Origin: Veleropilina oligotropha | Taxonomy: Eukaryota | Reading direction: 5' to 3' | Assembly: GCA_048128005.1 (NCBI GenBank) | Contig: JBEUKZ010000108.1 | Location: 62,001-126,000 of the forward strand | DNA length: 64,000 nt | Shown here: positions 60,559 to 64,000 of the stretch, one piece after another | Position numbering within the stretch: position 1 is the stretch's first letter | Layout: every line of letters begins with the position of its first letter | Position numbers and translations under genes: made by a program | Notes under the pieces: model-generated | What the model was told of the DNA's origin: nothing | Database searches by the model: none | What the model saw: only the letters and a program-made list of their open reading frames with translations

Positions 60559-60803
60559 CTGCGTGGTCAATTATTCGTCCAGAGGAATGAATCAAAAGAA
60601 AGAAAATAAATGCATTAGAATTAATAGTCATATATATATATATATATATATGTATGCAGATAAAATAACAGTAAACTTGACGCAATAACTGGCAATTCAT
60701 TATAATTTTATGACGCAATTGTAATGGCTTTTTAATACATGAATATTATGCCGTTGCTGCACCAAATACGGTTTTATTTCATTCGCATGAGTTCAAATTG
60801 AAT

Positions 60804-61076
60804 CGTGGCTCAGTGGGTTGTTCACAGGACTCTGGTCACAGTGTCGACTTCGCCCCCAAAGCTCAGCGATTTCACTTGGTCCTCAGCCGATCTGAATGGG
60901 TACCTGGTTGGCAATTATGTAAGTCACGGCGCTACCTGTGACTGCAATGCTCCCAGAGGGAGTTGAGATGGCATATCGAGGGGAACAGGCCCATAACCAG
61001 GGTTAATAATGTTCAGCGCATTGTGACACTAGCGTAATAATGCACTATATAAGACCGGAGTATTATTATTATTATT
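60804..61076 (+). mobile_element. tRNA-derived SINE with L2-like tail
   Basis: A-box-like gtggctcagtgg; central aatgggtacctgg; 3' cagcgc...cactatataag plus (tta)n. Confidence 0.6.
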
Positions 61077-61758
61077 GTTTTCATTGCTACACCAAAGGAT
61101 TCTGCATGCATTTCAATTCGCATACAAATGTTGTTGCAACTTGTATTGATTGTCAATTGGAATCCATTCGCATTGAATTCAATCCACATTATATATATAT
61201 GTATGCATGTATGTGGTTTTGGAAATTTGGTGTGGTTTCATTCATTTCGCTTATATTACATTAACACACAGCACGTCCAAATCCAATCGAACGTATTACC
61301 GTGCGTCACTGACTCACCACCTTAAGTGAATCAAATCAAACTGAATTTTCTAAACCACATACTGTTACAATACATATGTGGATTGAACTCAATATGAATA
61401 GGTTTTCGATGAGAATCGATTTGGTATAATTCCCAATTTCAGAGGGGTCCTCAAAAGTAGAAATTACACCAGTCAAAGGGTGAAGACGCGATCCCAACCA
61501 AAATGTTATGCCACCTCTCGGCTATCATGATACCGTAACGACGTATGCCTAGGCTCATACGTCTAGGCTCGGCTCAAGACATGACCGCCTTCATATAATC
61601 AAGGTGCGTGATTAATGACGCGACCGCCTTCATATAATCAAGGTGCGTGATTAATGGACACCGAGGAACCAAAGACCAGAGTTCAATCGCCGGGTGTGCC
61701 AGGAATTTTGTTCATGTATGTCGCACCCATTCATGCAGCACACTTTATTTTATTTAAA

Positions 61759-61916
61759 CCAGTATTAGGGAACATGCATACCAGTATTAGGGGACATGTA
61801 TACCAGTATTAGGGGACATGCATATCAGTATTAGGGGACATGTATACCAGTATTAGGGGACATGCATACCATGCAGTATTATGGGACATGCATATCAGTA
61901 TTAGGGGACATGCATA
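61759..61916. repeat. ~23-bp tandem repeat
   Basis: Unit catgcataccagtattagggga. Confidence 0.85.
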
Positions 61917-62204
61917 CAATTTACAAATACTGACTGCATCACTAATAGTAGTGATAATATTATTAACATTATACATATATACGTGAATATAACTGTCCAT
62001 GATGCCTCAACTTGAAGAGCATTAATTGGAAAAACATATTAAAATTAAAATGCTTAAAAACATGTTACCCATATTTCGAAGGAGTTGTTAAAGAGAGATT
62101 TTAATTACAAATACATCTGGAAATTTGTAAAAGGGCACTAATGTAACTTGTAAATCTGAACTGATTCACATCTCACAGATATCTAGTTGCACTTGGGTAA
62201 TGAA

Positions 62205-62545
62205 TGGTGCATTAGTAACTAATGGTAGCGCACTGGCTTGGCCTTCTTGACCAAAGGTTTATGGTTCAATTCTCGATCCTGGCGAATTTCATTGAGACAA
62301 ATATATGTGCCTCGGTTTCATCCAGTCGATCCGAGATCAAAGTGCATGGATACATGGTTGGCAGCCACAAGAATTGTCAGTATGACAAATGTAGCCATCA
62401 TTGGCTAGTGCCTAACAGACATGCACTTGACTGTCTACTCTCAGAGAAAGTTAAGATGGAATTTTTGTAAGATCAAGCCAGCAAACAGGGAATAGTAACG
62501 TTGTATACTGGCGTTTTGTGTGTGGGAAAGCGCAACATAAATCTC
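62205..62545 (+). mobile_element. Degenerate tRNA-derived SINE
   Basis: tggtagcgc...ggttcaattctcg box-like motifs; aagcgcaacataaat tail. Confidence 0.4.
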
Positions 62546-62547
62546 CA

Positions 62548-63910
62548 TTTATTGTCCCCGCCGCCGCCGCCTATTGGGCGGACGGTGTCCCCCGCCGCCT
62601 ATCGGGCGGACGGGGGACATAGAATCCACCTCCGTCCGTATGTCTGTCACGGATTTTCTCACATCTTTTTTTTCATTGAAGGAAATGTGAGCTTTCCGAA
62701 ACTTTACAGATGAACTAAGCACATCATTGGGTAGATCAAGTTCAATTATTGGGAATATATTTTGCAAACTTTTGTTTTTTGTGACTTTTCGATGAATTTG
62801 AACATAGCCTCTGGAAGCATGGATATGGTCAATTTCTCGCATTCTTTTTTCCATTTAGAGATATACTAGCTTTCTGAAACTTTACAGATTTACCAACCAC
62901 ACCAATGTTTATATCAAGTTTGAAAATTGTGAAATTATTTTAAAAACATGTTTTTGGTGACTTTTTAAGACTTTGAACATAGTCTCTGGAAGCATGGATG
63001 TGATTTTCTCACAATATTTGTCTCGGCCGTAGGGAAAGAGATATTGGTATTGCTTTTCCCCTTAGTCCCCCCCTCATGCTCAACCCCCCCACCCCCAAGT
63101 TTAATTATTGCGTTAAGGTTTTGCGTATTGCTTCCAGATGATATATTGATCTCTCCACTACAATGTACAATCAGTTCTATTTTAAACCTCACGTGTATAA
63201 ACCTGTTAAACATGTTAATCCTTCAGATTTGCTCTACCGCACCTACCTCCCCCTACATATTCTTTTACATAATTTATTTTCGCTGCGCATACACAAAGTT
63301 TAATTATGCCTTAAAATATTGATAGAAAAAAAACAGAGATATTTTTTTAAGTACGATGAAAGGGACATGTGCTTATCTGTAAGACTTGCTCACTGCCAAT
63401 AGGCACAGTAAGCTGTTAAGCTTAATGGTCACTCTGTGAAGCTGGGATTCTCAAAATCAGATGGATTTTGAAAACTGGCATCCCCACTGGTTTATTCCAT
63501 GGGTATCTTGAGATGGCAGTGTATATTGTCATTACAAGAACAGACTGTATCCAGTGTCTAATATCACTCTCCTCAGCTGGTCAAGGTTCAAGTCAATGTG
63601 TCCCGTGACAATAGCCCGTGATACTTTGATTTTGTTATGGTTTTGCTGGGGTGGCCGAGACATCTAATTCAGTGGAATTTATTGTTTTCATATTGAGAAT
63701 TTCTGAAACTTTACTGATCAATTAACCACATAATTAGGTAGATCAAGTTCCAATATTGGGAATATTGAAAACTTTTAGGTATTTCGTGATATTGAACATA
63801 GTCCCTGGCAGCATGGATGTTGTCAATTTTCTCACAACTGACTTTTTCAAATTAGAGAAATGCTAGCTGTATGAAGGTCTCATGGAGTAGATCAAGTTCG
63901 AACATGGGGG
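62548..63910. mobile_element. Non-autonomous element with internal repeats (HINE-like), probably interrupted
   Basis: Starts ttattgtccccg...cgggggaca hairpin plus ccgtccgtatgtctgtc; recurring agatcaagttc and ctggaagcatggat blocks. Confidence 0.5.
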
Positions 63911-64000
63911 TCGCTTCGACAGCTGTGTGGTATCGGTGTGGACTCAGAAAATCACTGACTTGATTCCGCTGACGCGAACAGTATTGCCAATGTGGGTTCA

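Overview
Animal genomic DNA, probably an invertebrate (AT-rich, intron-rich). A single minus-strand host gene spans almost the whole window. It encodes an EF-hand-containing rhomboid intramembrane serine protease (RHBDL1/2/3 group). I could splice 9 coding exons in frame by hand (60558->6649), with GASGG and AHIGG catalytic motifs; the first exon was not found. Its introns hold three full-length DIRS1-like tyrosine-recombinase retrotransposons from two families (ITRs, ICR, gag, RT/RNaseH/methyltransferase-like, YR), LINE/SINE/MITE fragments and many tandem repeats. Two observations stand out. (1) Three intronic tandem arrays (33 bp x ~420, ~40 bp x ~15, 102 bp x 3) are amplified copies of the gene's own exon-end plus 5' splice donor, so one intron carries hundreds of GTAAGT donor look-alikes. 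(2) In both DIRS families gag ends at CGG-CCC-TAG-G, with the YR ORF in frame straight after the stop and pol in the +1 frame, suggesting recoding at one stop codon. Empty target sites can be rebuilt exactly (AT/ATAT crossover, no TSD). A probable library-adapter remnant sits inside the satellite. All coordinates were read by eye; no searches were run.
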